Shown one piece after another: positions 25,865 to 39,110 of a stretch of 64,000 bases of DNA (position 1 is the first letter of the stretch; the number at the start of each line of letters is the position of its first letter). The notes under the pieces were generated by a model that was not told the DNA's origin, ran no database searches, and was given only the letters and a program-made list of their open reading frames with translations. The DNA comes from Octopus sinensis (taxonomy: Eukaryota). The stretch lies in contig NC_042997.1 of assembly GCF_006345805.1 (NCBI RefSeq), positions 189,348,001 through 189,412,000 of the forward strand, read 5' to 3'. The translations under genes were made by a program, and so were the position numbers.

Positions 25865-26260
25865 CACATTGCCGCCAAAAAACACATAAAAAAAATCGCA
25901 ATCTTTTCTAGAATTCTAACATCCTACAATATACCTTTCTACACACATTCTACATTTCACTCACCGGCAGTAATCGACGTAACTTTCGTAATTTTTCTAA
26001 CCAGTAAAAGAAGATATGCAAATCGTCACGTTCACCACAGTCTTCCTCGAAACCACCATTAATATGAATAATACAGAAAATTATATAACTACGTATATCT
26101 CTTCCCGAATTTTTTTTGTCTGTCTGTCTGTCTCATTCCTGTTTCTGTGTGTACACACAGACATAGCCACACACACACAGACACACACAAACATACTGAC
26201 GTACACACACATATTTCTTATTTTGTTCATACGTATATATCTGCATATTTTAATCTATGT

Positions 26261-26305
<45 letters not shown>

Positions 26306-26394
26306 CCACGCATACGCTTAAACATAAACATATGTGCATATGTGTATATATGTGTGTATGTGTGTGTGTATGTATATATATTTGTTACATATCT

Positions 26395-26716
26395 TTTTTC
26401 CCCACTTTTTTTCAGCCTGCAGCCATGGTGAGGCACCACCTTTAAGTATCTTTTGTCGAAAGAATCGCTCCCAGTACTTATTTGTTTAAAGGGTCGTACT
26501 TGTTTTATCGGTCGCTTTGGCTAAACCGCTACTTTACAGGGATGTAAACACAACAACACCGACTGTCAAACGGTGATGGAGGACCAACATACTACAAAGA
26601 CACACACACACACACACACGCACATACATACGACATGCTTCTTTCTGTTTCTGTTTACCAAATCCTCTCACAAAGCTTTGGTTGGCACAAGGCTATAGTA
26701 GAAACACTTGCCCAAG
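26395..26716 (-). mobile_element. Diverged SINE family A
   Basis: GCAGCCATGG..CCCAGTACTTA..GCTTCTTTCTGTTTCTG..GGCTATAGTAGAAACACTTGCCCAAG. Confidence 0.75.
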
Positions 26717-26769
26717 ATTTCAAGCCTATATATATACCCCTCTGCAAAAAATCCCAAATTTTATTTAAT

Positions 26770-27080
26770 TTGCTTTGCGGGAAGGACTGTTTCAACGAAG
26801 TCGCATCTTGTCCTTACCTTCCAAACGCGGAGTAGACGAAACAGGGACAACTGAAGAAGGGGAATATTCCTTGTGTTGTATGTCTTGTATTCTGTTTTTT
26901 TTCGTTGTTTGAAAAAAAATTCGTTCCATGTTTTTGATTTTATGTTTTCGTTTCTCATTGTGTTCAACGATTTTTTGATGTCCTGTACCCATATATGCAT
27001 ATATATATATATACATATATATGTAGGTATGTACATATATGTATGTATATATGCATATATTTATATATTATTTATATTAC
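26770..27080 (+). mobile_element. Repeat element, second copy at 51735-52045
   Basis: TGCTTTGCGGGAAGGACTGTTTCA..GGGACAACTGAAGAAGG..TCCTGTACC and the same patterned TA-derived tail. Confidence 0.8.
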
Positions 27081-27084
27081 TAAT

Positions 27085-27153
<69 letters not shown>

Positions 27154-27743
27154 GCATGTGTGCTTAATATATTTCAGCACAAATTCACGCATTCAAACAT
27201 ACGTATCGTGTTATATACATTTATTTATGAGCAACAATCATTATATTGTATGCTTACGGACACAGCCATAAATATATACACACATTGAAAAACCGAGAAA
27301 TGGACGCGCATTCAGCGCAATTATGAAATTACATTTTATTACACGCTAAATATCAATTAAGATAATACAATTAAATTTATATTTTTCTATATGAAAAAGA
27401 AATAATCTAGATTTGCAATCCAGCATAAATTCGAGAGGCAGCCACGGAAATAGTAGTACTGTCGATCCTCAGAAAAATCTCCAGAGGTTCAAAGAATAAG
27501 AGCATATGGGAAGTGTTGGATATAGATCACCAAGTGAATATTTGTTATTAAGTAGATTTAAGTCAGGTGAATAAGACTTAAGAAAGAGAGGTCATAGACT
27601 CAATGACATTATCTTCCTTATTACGTGTCTTGTAATATCTGAAAGTTTTAGGTAATCTGTGATTGCAATTGATTATACATGCATTCTGTATATTTAAGAA
27701 ATGTTCTTCTTCCAGCAGTATTTTCAAAATCGTTCGTGTGCAT

Positions 27744-27994
27744 CAGTGGTTCTCAAGCGGGGCCCACACGTCTCTTAGCAGGTCCATATAAAATTTTGGT
27801 GTTAAAATTTATGTGTAATTAATTGGTTATACTTCTACAGTGCAAAAAATATTTCAACAATATTTTATACAACCCTAATAACATTTGATTATATAAATAT
27901 AAGATTTTTTTAAACATCAAATGGCTAAAAAGGTTCAGTTGAGTACAACAGTAATCAAAGGCGTCCATAGGTAAGAAGTGGTTGAGAATTATCG
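27744..27994. mobile_element. hAT-type MITE
   Basis: TIR CAGTGGTTCTCAA / TTGAGAATTATCG; 8-bp TSD GTGTGCAT / GTGTACAT. Confidence 0.8.
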
Positions 27995-28039
27995 GTGTAC
28001 ATAAAACGATAGTCTCACCTATCTCACAGTTATTGTTTG

Positions 28040-28331
28040 TTCCTCCTCGAGCCATCCCTGGCTCATAGGGCCGGTGTCACGGTTTCCTTAGCGTATATAG
28101 TAACCATCTGGACGAAGTGCCGGTCCGTCGCAGGTGAGCTGCAAAAAAGTTGTGAACTGTAAGAAAGTTGTGGCGAAAGAGTCAGCAGAAGTTCACCATG
28201 ACCTTCTGCCGGAGCCACGTGGAGCTTAGGTGTTTCGCTCATAAACACACACACCACCCGGTATGAGATTCGAACCCGCGATCCATGGAGTGCAATTCCG
28301 CTGCTCTAACCACTAGGCCATGTGCCTCCAC
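28040..28331 (-). mobile_element. Chimeric SINE (family C head and body, family D-like tail)
   Basis: Head GGAGGCACATGGCCTAGTGG, C-type TTCGCCACAACTTTC block, tail GGAAACC..GGCCCTATGAGCCAGGGATGGCTC. Confidence 0.75.
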
Positions 28332-28559
28332 ATTCCACAGCTATAGTATACTGGATGTGACAATACTTCATTCAAACATGAAAGTGCTACCATTAGAGTT
28401 CAAATCACAGACGCATTCGGCAATAAGATAGATCATCTAAGTTTTGGGTATGAAAATGAACAATGTGGCACATAAAAAATATTTTTAAAACGTAGCACCC
28501 TCGTAATATCTACATTAAGAGTCTTTCAACTACATCATAGGTATATTTTTGCCAAGATA

Positions 28560-28867
28560 TATATTTATAGAACAAAGTTTGTCTCTGTGTACGTGCGTAT
28601 GTTCCTTATGCATTCGAAAACCAAGTTACCGATTTTGACGTATGGGGTGTCAAAAGATTCAGTAATCTTTCAGCAACCGAGTAAACTTTATTTTCATTTA
28701 CATATTTGCATTACAAACCTTTAACATTATAATCTTTTTATAAGTCAACTATCGTAAACAACATTTTATACGACGACGACGTTAGATTTTCTATATGAGT
28801 GTGTATGTGACTGTGAGAGTGTGTGTGTGTTTGTGTGTGCGTGTTTGCGCGTTCGTAACGTACGTTA
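28560..28867 (+). repeat. Helitron-like 5' segment, duplicated at 29997-30253
   Basis: Shared GATTTTGACGTATGGGGT..AAGATTCAGTAAT..ATCGTAAACAACATTTTATACGACGA..GCGCGTTCGT..ACGTACGTTA. Confidence 0.75.
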
Positions 28868-28885
28868 CGCCGGGACTGAAAAGTA

Positions 28886-29706
28886 CATGGTCTTATCAAT
28901 AAAACTATGTTGCCATATTAACGAAGCTAAAGCATACAGAGTGAAACTGCTTGGCACAGATTGATCTTCAACTCTGCTGTGCATGTGCACTAAGTTTAAC
29001 GTTCCAACTCACTTCCGCTGTTTATAGCAGTGCTTGGAAGGAAGGCGTGTAGCGTGTGATCATTGCATTGAACATGACGGAGAAAGTTGAGCAGAGAAAT
29101 CTGCATCAAGTTTTGGTAAAAGCTTGGCGATACCTGCTCAGAGTCCTATGTAAAGTTCTCAAAAAGTTTTAAAAGCAGTTTTGGCGCAAACTTGGCAGAC
29201 ATGCGTCTCATACCCAGATCTTCTATGATAATGAACTGAACTGAACCGTAACTAATCTGTACATCCTCTGATAACTCTCGGATGGTGATTCGACGATTTT
29301 CTGTCACTGCTGCACACGTATCTGCGATTTCTCGGTTCTGCTGGTTGCAGGTCTCCCAGAACGTTCGTCAATATCAACAATTTCCCGGCCATCTTCGAAA
29401 CGTTTGAACCACTCGCATATTTACGTATGGTTCATACATTCTTCTGCATATACTTTTTACAACTTTGCGCAGGTCTCTGAGCAGGTATCGCCATGACAAC
29501 TTTCTATGTCATGGTCAATGCGACGATCACACGCTATACACCTTCTTTACAGGCACTGCTGAAAACAGCAGAAGTGAGTTAGAAGATTAAAACTGAGTGC
29601 GCATGCACACTAGTGTTCAAGGTCAATCTTTTCCACGCGGCTTGATTCTGCGTGCTTTAGCTTCGTTACTATAGCAACATTCAGAATACCTATTGATCAG
29701 ACCTCG
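28886..29706. mobile_element. Mariner-derived element built from two inverted 5' ends, TA flanks
   Basis: TA|CATGGTCTTATCAATA..AACGAAGCTAAAGCA versus TGCTTTAGCTTCGTT..TATTGATCAGACCTCG|TA; arms ~270 bp. Confidence 0.85.
29172..29512 (-). pseudogene. Mariner transposase N-terminal HTH remnant
   Basis: Frameshifted EWFKRFEDGREIVDIDERSGRPATS..ENRRITIRELSEDVQISYGSVQFIIIEDLGMRRMSAKFAPKLL; the opposite arm gives MTEKVEQR..CIKF at ~29074. Confidence 0.88.
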
Positions 29707-30446
29707 TATATGTGTGTGAGTGTATGCGCGGGTGCATGTATGTGTCACTATACACGCATTTTTGCGACGCACACGCACACACATCTAAAGACAGAGACAT
29801 ACACACAGAGGGACAGAGATAGGTCTGAGGTGTGCTTGAATGTATGTATATCTGTGAGTGTCTGTCTTGGTATATGTATATGAGTGTATCAGAGTGTATG
29901 TGTATGGGAGTGTATGAGTAAGAATTATTATACGTCAGGCCTCAGACAATTAAACACACACACACATCTACACATACATATACATATGTGTATTAGTGTG
30001 TCCTCATGCATTCGGAAAGTTGGTTGCTGATTTTGACGTATGGGGTATCAAAAGATTCAGTAATTTTCGGCTACCAAATGAAATTTTTTCATTTACCTAT
30101 TTGCATTACAAAAGTTTAACATTACAATCTTTCTGTAAGTCAATTATCGTAAACAACATTTTATACGACGATGACGACGACGATGTCAGATTTCCTATAT
30201 GAGTGTGTATGTGTCTGTGAGTGTGTGTGCTTGCGCGTTCGTTACGTACGTTAGGCCGATGATTGAGAGTGCATGTGAACAGCAGTAACCCCAGTACGTC
30301 AAGATCACCAGCTCTCTTCCACACGTACATACAAACTCTCTTATACATACGCACGTGCACCTTCGTTTTGGGATCACCACTACTTTATTATCTCCTCTTC
30401 TCCCTAGCTCTCTTGTGTGACCCTTCTGTCCGGGATTCGCCATGAT

Positions 30447-30624
30447 AGATCGCTAGCCACTACACATTCTTTATTTTCTCTCTTTGTTTCTGTTTGTGTT
30501 CCTTTCTGTGGAAGAGCGTAGGCTCGAAACGTTAAAGACTTTTCCCCTTCTCGAGCGTTATACTACTACATCTGTTTGTTGTCTACACCACCTGTCTTCG
30601 TCTTTTATCTTTTGTGAATTATCC

Positions 30625-30628
<4 letters not shown>
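30447..30628 (+). mobile_element. PLE-derived short element with hammerhead-like motif (30502-30537)
   Basis: CTTT-CTGTGGA-A-GAGC-GTAG-GCTC-GAAACGTT-AAAG; ends at (TA)n. Confidence 0.75.
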
Positions 30629-30671
<43 letters not shown>

Positions 30672-31484
30672 AGATATAATATATATCTATATATATATAT
30701 ATGTGTATAATGTGTGTGTTAGTGTATATGAGTAGATAAACTCATACTCAAGCGGTGGGTTTACGTGTCATTTTACTGAAAGAGCAGCCGCATTTCATTA
30801 TTGTTTACATGTATGTGTGTGTGTTCCGATTGCGTGCATGAGATCTGTCCAAGAAAAATCAAATGGAAAATCCTGGAATGTTTTATAGACTCCCACTGTC
30901 GTTCTAATCGCTTGTATTTGTACAATGCGAATCAATTTACTTTGTTCATTCATCGAGAGCTCCAGAATAGTTACGCAAACCTTTTGTTACATAACTCAGA
31001 TATGCATGTACGCTCGTCCGAATACGCTCGTGCGTACATGTGTGTATGTGGTAGTGGAGGTTGGTGGTGGCGGGTATTGCCCTCAGTGAGTGTTCTGAAA
31101 CGGTTGATTAGTTATTCGATGTGTTGTCGAGCGAACAAGTGACAGATGTTTGTGCCTCACATGCTAAATCATTGTAGCCCATCATCCGGAAATTATTAAA
31201 ACATCGCCTCCTTGTGCCATTTCCTCCATTCTAAATGGTGAGTGCGCAGAGGTTCCTACCCAGCTGTAGTATGTGTTTTGTCAATGAAGCATGACAGGGA
31301 CGTGTGCTGGTCCTTCTGCATTATCAAGTTATATTTATGGCTGTTTTATCAGCAAATCTCTGTGTTTCAACGGGTAGATTGTGTGGATTTACATGTACCA
31401 CTGTTTGATAGAACATTGTTACAGCAATCTGTCTTTCTGTGATTACATACATACATAAAACATACATACATACTCATAATAAAA

Positions 31485-31842
31485 AAAGGGTACTGGTTAA
31501 ATGTCCCCGCGAAAACCTCAATAAAATATTAACATAATAGACCTGACATAGTAATTTTGGGGCAAAGAAGAGAAACTGTTTACAGTTGTTGAAATCAGCT
31601 GTCCAGCAGATGTTAACATAAAACTAAAGATCAGCGTAAAAAGAAAATACCTACGCTGAACTATTGAGAAATCTACAGTTACTCTATCCAGATGAGAAGT
31701 TCAGGTTTATACCTGTAATTATTGGAGTACTGGGATATGCAACACATTACCTAAGTATCAATCTTGAGAAATTACGTTTCTCAAAACCACAAGGGAGAAA
31801 GCTGTTTCGAAGACTACAGATCCAAACTATCACTGGAACTAA
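31485..31842 (+). mobile_element. R4/Dong-clade LINE endonuclease fragment
   Basis: HNRPDIVI..VVEISCPADVN..YAELLRNLQLLYPDEKFRFIPVIIGVLG; related fragment at ~38400-38510. Confidence 0.8.
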
Positions 31843-32025
31843 GAGCAATTGTTTAGCTCTAGGTCAACCCTGTTTTAGCAGATAATACGATCAAAGTATT
31901 TACCTTCATGGCACAGAGTTTCCAGGATACCTTATCCAATAGGTTTCTCAGTTGTTTTTTTTTCATGAAATTATGTGGATTTGAAAGAGAGTTTTTTTTC
32001 TATATCGTGCATATCAAACATCCTG

Positions 32026-32340
32026 TGGAGGCACGAAGCTTAGATATTCGGCTCGCGATCGTAAGGTCGTGAGTTCCATTCCCGGCGATGCGTTGTGTTT
32101 TGAGCAAGATACTTTATTTCACATTGCTCCAATCCTCCCACTGGCAAAGATGAGTTGTACCAGTAATTCAAAAGGCCATCCTCGACAATTTCTGTGTCAT
32201 GCTGAATCGCCCTGAAAACTTCGTCAAGGGTACGCGTGGTGCAAGTAGAGTGCTCAACCGCTTACACATTAATTTCACGAGAAAGTTGTTCCGTCGATCG
32301 GATTGACGAGAGCACTCGTCGTCGTAACCGACGGAGTGTC
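32026..32340 (+). mobile_element. Chimeric SINE (tRNA head, D-type CORE, C-type tail)
   Basis: GTTGTGTTTTGAGCAAGATACTTTATTTCACATTGCTCCA followed by GTCGTCGTAACCGACGGAGTG. Confidence 0.75.
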
Positions 32341-32667
32341 AGTTATATCAAACATACCAAGCAGATGCCTGTGATAACAAGTGGAAGAGAGAATGAGAGT
32401 TTGTGAGTAGCTTCATTAGCTGTTTATAGTTGTAGTATTGGAAGCAAAACAAGCAGCAAATGCAGTGGTTTTATATGCAGGAGTGTTACGTACAGAGTCA
32501 TCATGGTTGAACTGCTTCTGATAAGAAGACATAGCACACTTTATAGAGGTCCTTTTTGCATGAGAACAAAATTCCCAGTTGCTATCTGGTAGCTGTGAAA
32601 ATTTCTGAACGATAAAGGATACAATGAAACCACACTTTGTGTCCATTAATATATTATATTTGTTAAG

Positions 32668-33515
32668 TAAGGCGGCAAAATGCTTCGCAGTATTTCGTCT
32701 GTCTTTATGTTCTGAGTTCAAATTCAGCCGAGGTCGACTTTGCCTTTCTTCCTTTCGGGGTCGATAAATTAAGTACCAGTTGCGTACAGGGGTCGATCTA
32801 ATCGACTGGTCCTCTCCTTCAAAATTTCGAGCCTTGTGCCTAGAGTAGAAAAGAATAATAATAATTGTAAGGCGGTGAGCTGGTGGTAACGTTAGCACGC
32901 CGGGCGAAATGCTTAGCAGTATTTCGTTTGTCATTACGTTCTGAGTTCAAATTTAGCCGTGGTCGATTTTGCCTTTCATCCTTTCGGGGTCGATAAATTA
33001 AGTACCAGTTACGTACTGGGGTCGATAAATTAAGTACCAGTTACGTACTGGTCCTCTCCCTCAAAATTTCGGGCCTTGTGCCTAGAGTAGAGAAGAATAT
33101 ATTATATTTGTTAAGTAAGGCAGCGAGTTTGTAGAATCGTCAGCACACCGGGCAAAATGCTTCGCGGTATTTAGTCCGTCTTTACGTTCTGGGTTCAAAT
33201 TCCGCCGAGGTCGACTTTGCCTTTCGTCCTTTCGGGGTAGATAAAATTAGTACCAGTTATACAATGGGGTCGATATAATCGACTTAATCTGTTTGTCTGT
33301 CCTTGTTTGTTCTCTCTGTGTTTAACCCCTTGTGGGTAATAAAGAAATAGGTATTTCGTCTGTCTTTACGTTCTGAGTTCATATTCCGCCGGGGTCGACT
33401 TTGCTTTTCATCCTTTCGGGGTTAGATAAAATTAGCATCAGTTAAGTATTAGAGTCGATGTAATCTACTTACCCCTCCCTTGAAATTGCAGGCCTTGTGC
33501 CAAAATTTGAAATTA
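32668..33515 (+). mobile_element. Tandem array of SINE family B units
   Basis: Four repeats of TTCTG(A/G)GTTCA..GTCGA(C/T)TTTGC(C/T)TTT at ~32710, 32940, 33188 and 33371. Confidence 0.9.
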
Positions 33516-33728
33516 ATATATTATTTGTTAACATAGGGCACGTTTCAATCTGAGGCGGGATACTGTCAATTATATCGAACCTTGTGCTTGTCGTTTTTTC
33601 TCCTTAATTTTTACCTTCTCTACTGTACTACGCACCGTAGTTTCCCCTATCATATGAGAAGGGGTTAATCTCTCGCTTACCTCTTCTTCATTTCTAGAGA
33701 GAGGACACGTAGCTGAGACAGAGGGAGT

Positions 33729-33783
<55 letters not shown>

Positions 33784-34645
33784 GTGGGTAGGCAAATGGA
33801 TTTCTGTGTCTGACCATTAATTTCATTAATCACCCCACCCTCACCAACTTTGGAAATGGAAAAGTAAAGTAGTTTAACTTGTGCAAGATTTGAACTCAGA
33901 ACATAAAGGGTTGTAATTACTAATGCAACAAAACATTTTCCTCCATGATCTCACAGTTCTACCAATCCCTCATGCAATAATATATTGCGGTCGCATCAAT
34001 CGACTACATGTTTTGTCTTTCAGAAATTTTTCTTGTCTTTAAGATACACATTATTAATAACGACAAAAGAAGAAAGAAGAGAGACCAAGGAAATAAATAC
34101 GACAAGCATCATTCCTATGTCACCGACTTCGTTTGTACTTTTAAAGTTAGTTCATATCTGAAATTCGTTTTAATTGATAACTGACTCACTTATTTAATTT
34201 TTCAGAGAAGATTACGAAGCTACAATTATTTTTGCTACGTCAAAAAAGATAAAATAAAAAATGCTTGAGTAATAAAGGCAATATTCAGTATTTTATGTAA
34301 CATTTCATTGTTTATTGTTCATATTTGTCGCTTTCTTCCTTCGTTCCTTTCTTCTCTTTCTTCTTGTTTTTTTTTCATTCATCCTTTTTTCTTTTCTTAC
34401 AAATAATTTCTCAATCCTTCGTCTCGTTTCAAATCCCTTTTCAGCATCCTCCTTTTCATGCATTCTCCTTACGTCAACTACTACCACCACCACCACCACA
34501 ACCACAACCGCCACCACTACCACCACCACAACCACTACCATCACCGTTCTATAATGGAAATTATCAGCTTTTCATATTTGACAACAACTGCATCAACAAC
34601 AGAAGTAAATAACAAGAAAGTTTAACACACACACACACACACACA

Positions 34646-34690
<45 letters not shown>

Positions 34691-34969
34691 TATAAAGGGT
34701 AAACAATCACAACAGCAACAACAACAAACAATAATTGAAATCTCGCAAAAATTTTTTAAAAAAGCAACAAAATAACCAACGTCAACCAATGGTAACCATT
34801 TTCCGCCACCAACCCATCCATCCACCCGCCCAACCACCCACCCACTGGTACCGGCTGACTGTGTTGGGTACCTCTAGAATGGTAAACAACAACAAAAGAC
34901 AAATCAATGCTTTGAAGCGATCAAACCAATTTTCTCCTCACCTTTGCTTCTTTGCTTCATAATACTACT

Positions 34970-35325
34970 TACTACTGGTACCACCACCACCATCACCACC
35001 ACCACTACTACTACTACTACTGCTACTGCTTCTACTACTACTACTGGTACCACCACCACCATCGCCACCACCACTACTACTACTACTACTGCTACTGCTT
35101 CTACTACTACTACTGGTACCACCACCACCATCGCCGCCACTACTACTCCTCCTCCTCCTCCTCCTACTACTACTGCTACTGTTTCTACTACTACTACTGG
35201 TACCACCACCACCACCACCATCGCCACCACTACTACTCCTCCTCCTCCTCCTCACTACTACTACTACTGCTACTGCTTCTACTACTACTACTACTGGTAC
35301 CACCACCACCACCACCATCGCCACC

Positions 35326-35357
<32 letters not shown>

Positions 35358-35575
35358 ACTACTGCTACTGTTTCTACTACCACCACCACTACTACTGCTT
35401 CTACTACTACCACCACCACCACCACTACTACTACTACTGGTACTACCACCACCACCACCACCACCACTACTACTACTGGTACTACCACCACCACCACCGC
35501 CGCCACTACTACTACTACTACTACTACTACACTACTACTACTACTACTACTACTAATGCTACTACTACTACTATT
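34970..35575. repeat. (ACT)/(ACC)/(CCT) compound array with ~70-bp higher-order unit
   Basis: ACTGGTACCACC..ATCGCC..ACTGCTACTGCTTCT repeated about five times. Confidence 0.92.
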
Positions 35576-35711
35576 ACCAGTTAGTTACATAATAAGAACA
35601 ATGTGGAAGGTGCTTTAGTCCCCCCTCTTTCCTTCCTTCCTTCCACCACCACTTTTCTCATCACTGTTTATTTGTAAGGCGATATGTTTACATGCCCGTT
35701 GGATTTTATTA

Positions 35712-35761
<50 letters not shown>

Positions 35762-36291
35762 TCATAGGGACCCACACGTCTATTGAATGATATAAGTCAC
35801 CTCACATAACTGCTCTCCCGTTTATTGCAAAAAAAAAAATATAATAATAATAATAAACAAATAAAATAAAATAAAATAAAATACAATAAAATATAATATA
35901 ATATAAAATAAATTAAAAAAAATATATATATAAAAAAACAACCTTTGTTCAATTTTCTCCTCAAATGTAAACACCATCTCATTACCATAACATTTGCTGC
36001 ACCTGCTTTTCTCTGTCTTCGCATCTCACTTCCGCTTTACGACTCAACATCAACCACCTCTACCCTAACCATCGGCTTTCTTCACTCCGTTTCTGTGACT
36101 CCGTTTCGCCTTCTCCTCCACCCACCACTAGCTCCTATCTCCCCTTTTTTTCCTTACTTTTTTACTCTTTTTTCTTTCTCCCCTACTCACAATCTATTAC
36201 CCTTTCTAGCTCTCCCCTTCTCTCTCTCTCTCTTTCATTCGGTCCATGCAGTTTTTCTCCCTGGTTTGTTATACATACATACATACATACA

Positions 36292-36323
<32 letters not shown>

Positions 36324-36400
36324 CGTACATACATATATATACATACATACATATATATATATATATGTTCATACATACAGACACACATATACATATATAT

Positions 36401-36441
<41 letters not shown>

Positions 36442-37487
36442 TACACACACACACATATACATACACACACACACTTATATACACACACACATACATATAT
36501 ATTCATACATACACACATATTCAACACATATACACACACATATACAACACATATACACACACACACATATATATATACATACACATACACATATATGTAT
36601 ATACATATATATATACACACATATATACACACTCATATATACACGCGCGTACACACACACACACGTATTTTCAATTTTCTTTGCCTTTTGTCTTGGTGAT
36701 AAACGTCTTTTGTTGGCATTTCTTTGGTTAGGTGGCGCCTCTCTACTCTCATTGCGAATGGTAGCTCTCAATCTCTCTCTCGCCAATTTCCCTGTTTCTT
36801 CCTGTCTCTCTGTCAATTTATCTTGCCCTCTCTCTGTGTCTCTCTATGTCTCTCCGTCTCTCTATGTGTCATTCACACATTCATCTACTCTCTTATAACC
36901 CTCCTCCCCCTCACACCTCTATCTCTCTGTCTCTGAATTTGTCCCCGTCTCTGTTTCTTTAACTCACCCTGCTCTCTCTCTCTCTCTTGTACGCTAAGCA
37001 AGTCAATTGTTATTTCAGTCACTTTATAACTACGTCGACGACGACAACAACAACAACAACGACAGCAACAAATTAACGACACCAGTAGTAATAAACAGAA
37101 TAAACAAACAAATATGCCAAAAACCATCTCAACAACAGCATACCTTTACTGCCGTTAGGTATGTCGTGTCTTACATAATCACCTTTACCTATTTGACGAC
37201 AAACTCAACTTTGCACAGACTACGCAAACACATACACGTGGGTGCGCACACAAGCAAACATGCACAGGTGTGCGCGCGCACACAGCTACACATACACGTC
37301 TATTTCAGAAAGCTAAGTGCAGCCTATTTTTTCTCTTTAATTTCTTATTTTATTCTATTTTATTCTATTTTCATGACAATTATCGGCTTTGCACGGAGTT
37401 GTAGAAGTGTTGTCGTTGGGTAGAAAAGGCATGGTTTGATGGCTGTTATTGTTAGAGAAGTCGGCGAGTTGATATAACAGTTGTTGA

Positions 37488-37524
<37 letters not shown>

Positions 37525-37621
37525 GGTGATGTTGTGTCTGCTGCTGATGTTGTTGTGGTTGTTGTTGTTGTTTAGTTCGGGTCACTTAGCGATAACTGTG
37601 GAGGGGATGAGTTCATATATG

Positions 37622-37851
37622 TATTTCTTTACTACCCACAAGGCGCTAAACATAGAGGGGACAAACAAGGATAGACAAAGGGATTAAGTCGATTACATCG
37701 ACCCTAGTGCGTAACTGGTACTTAATTTATCGACCCCGAAAGGATGAAAGGCAAAGTCGACCTCGGCGGAATTTGAACTCGGAACGTAACGACAGACGAA
37801 ATACTGCTACGAATTTCGCCCGGCGTGCTAATGTTTCTACCAGCTCGCCGC
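37622..37851 (-). mobile_element. SINE family B, full length with TSD
   Basis: Flanked by direct repeat AGTTCATATATG. Confidence 0.92.
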
Positions 37852-37905
37852 CCTAGTTCATATATGCTGGAGATAAAAGAGGGCAGCCAGAACAGAAGCG
37901 TGCAG

Positions 37906-37940
<35 letters not shown>

Positions 37941-38174
37941 ACCAGGAAACATATAACCCACCCTCCCCACTACCACAACCACTACCTCACCACCACCACC
38001 ACCACCTCACCACACCACCTTCCCCACAACATAGATGCTCAACCGGTGTCTGAGCTTGTGGGTCTACGGGGATGGGACGGTCCAGTCATCAGAGAACGCA
38101 TTGTTAAGCTTCTGGACATCGTCATCAGATTTCGATGGATATTCAAAAAGTAAGAAGTCTGGGTCAAAAGTGTA

Positions 38175-38388
38175 ATTATAATTTCTACTATAGGCACAAG
38201 GTCTGGAATTTTGGGAGACGGGAGTTAGCCGATTACATCGGCCTCAATGCTTGACTGGTACTTAGTTTATCAACCCCGGAAGGACGAAAAGCAAAGTTGA
38301 TCTCGGTGGAATTTGAACTCAGAACGTAAAGTCGGACGAAATACCGCTAAGCATTTTGTCCGACGCACAAACGATTCTGCCAGCTCGT
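38175..38388 (-). mobile_element. SINE family B variant
   Basis: GAATTTGAACTCAGAACGTAAAG..ACCGCTAAGCATTT..GATTCTGCCAGCTC. Confidence 0.85.
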
Positions 38389-38664
38389 GGCAGATATGTA
38401 GTACCCTGCCTAAATACCAATCTTGAGAAATTAGGCTTCTCAGAACCAGTTACAAGTGTAATAGGTAGAACTGCATGCATTTTCGACCTCATGTTGATGT
38501 CAGGCGTGTAGTTCTGCAAATTATATTTGTATAGACAATCATACTGAAGATCTACAGATAAATTATGTAAATAAAATTACGTAATTTGTTGATAGTGAAA
38601 CATTTGTTTATGATTAATCTATATTTTTGTTACTTTTCATTTGTCTTGCTCGCTTACGTTTCTG

Positions 38665-38879
38665 GTGTTTGCTAAATTTTCTAGAGAACAATTCTTAGTG
38701 GTTAAGACCATAGAGGATCTTCTTCTAGCATAAAGGTTTCCACATAGTGGTAAAATTCCCTCTTATATGTATGTAATACTATTTACTGAACCTCAGTTTT
38801 TTTATATGCTAGACCACTGGTGTTAAAATTGATGTTATCAAATTAATATCGATTTTTTCACCCTCATTTTAATTTAATT

Positions 38880-38923
<44 letters not shown>

Positions 38924-39110
38924 AGATAAGGGCAGAAGAAAAATTCTAATGCCAGATACGCCGAAACAAAAAATTGTCGATAACCATTATCGATAATCAT
39001 TCTGCCTTTATCTTGTAAATTATGTATAAATTTTACCTTTAAAGACATTTTTTGATATGCTGGCCATTGATAAAATTTTTTTCCCGAAAAATTTTTTATC
39101 CTATATCAAT
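38665..39110. mobile_element. Two TA-embedded repeats (38665-38880; 38921-39110 with short inverted repeat)
   Basis: First matches 60900-61100; second matches 24515-24585 and has ACAAGATAAGGGCAGAA / TTCTGCCTTTATCTTGT. Confidence 0.65.

Noticed and set aside
30274-30442. Second solo-LTR candidate (TG...CA)
   Set aside because: No target-site duplication found
32416-32934. 172-aa minus-strand ORF
   Set aside because: N-terminal half is SINE B antisense and the remainder has no recognisable motif
34944-35618. Thr-rich mucin-like ORF
   Set aside because: Trinucleotide array with frame-shifting interruptions and no flanking coding evidence
36715-36740. miR-9-like seed TCTTTGGTTA
   Set aside because: Match ends after 10 nt and there is no precursor hairpin
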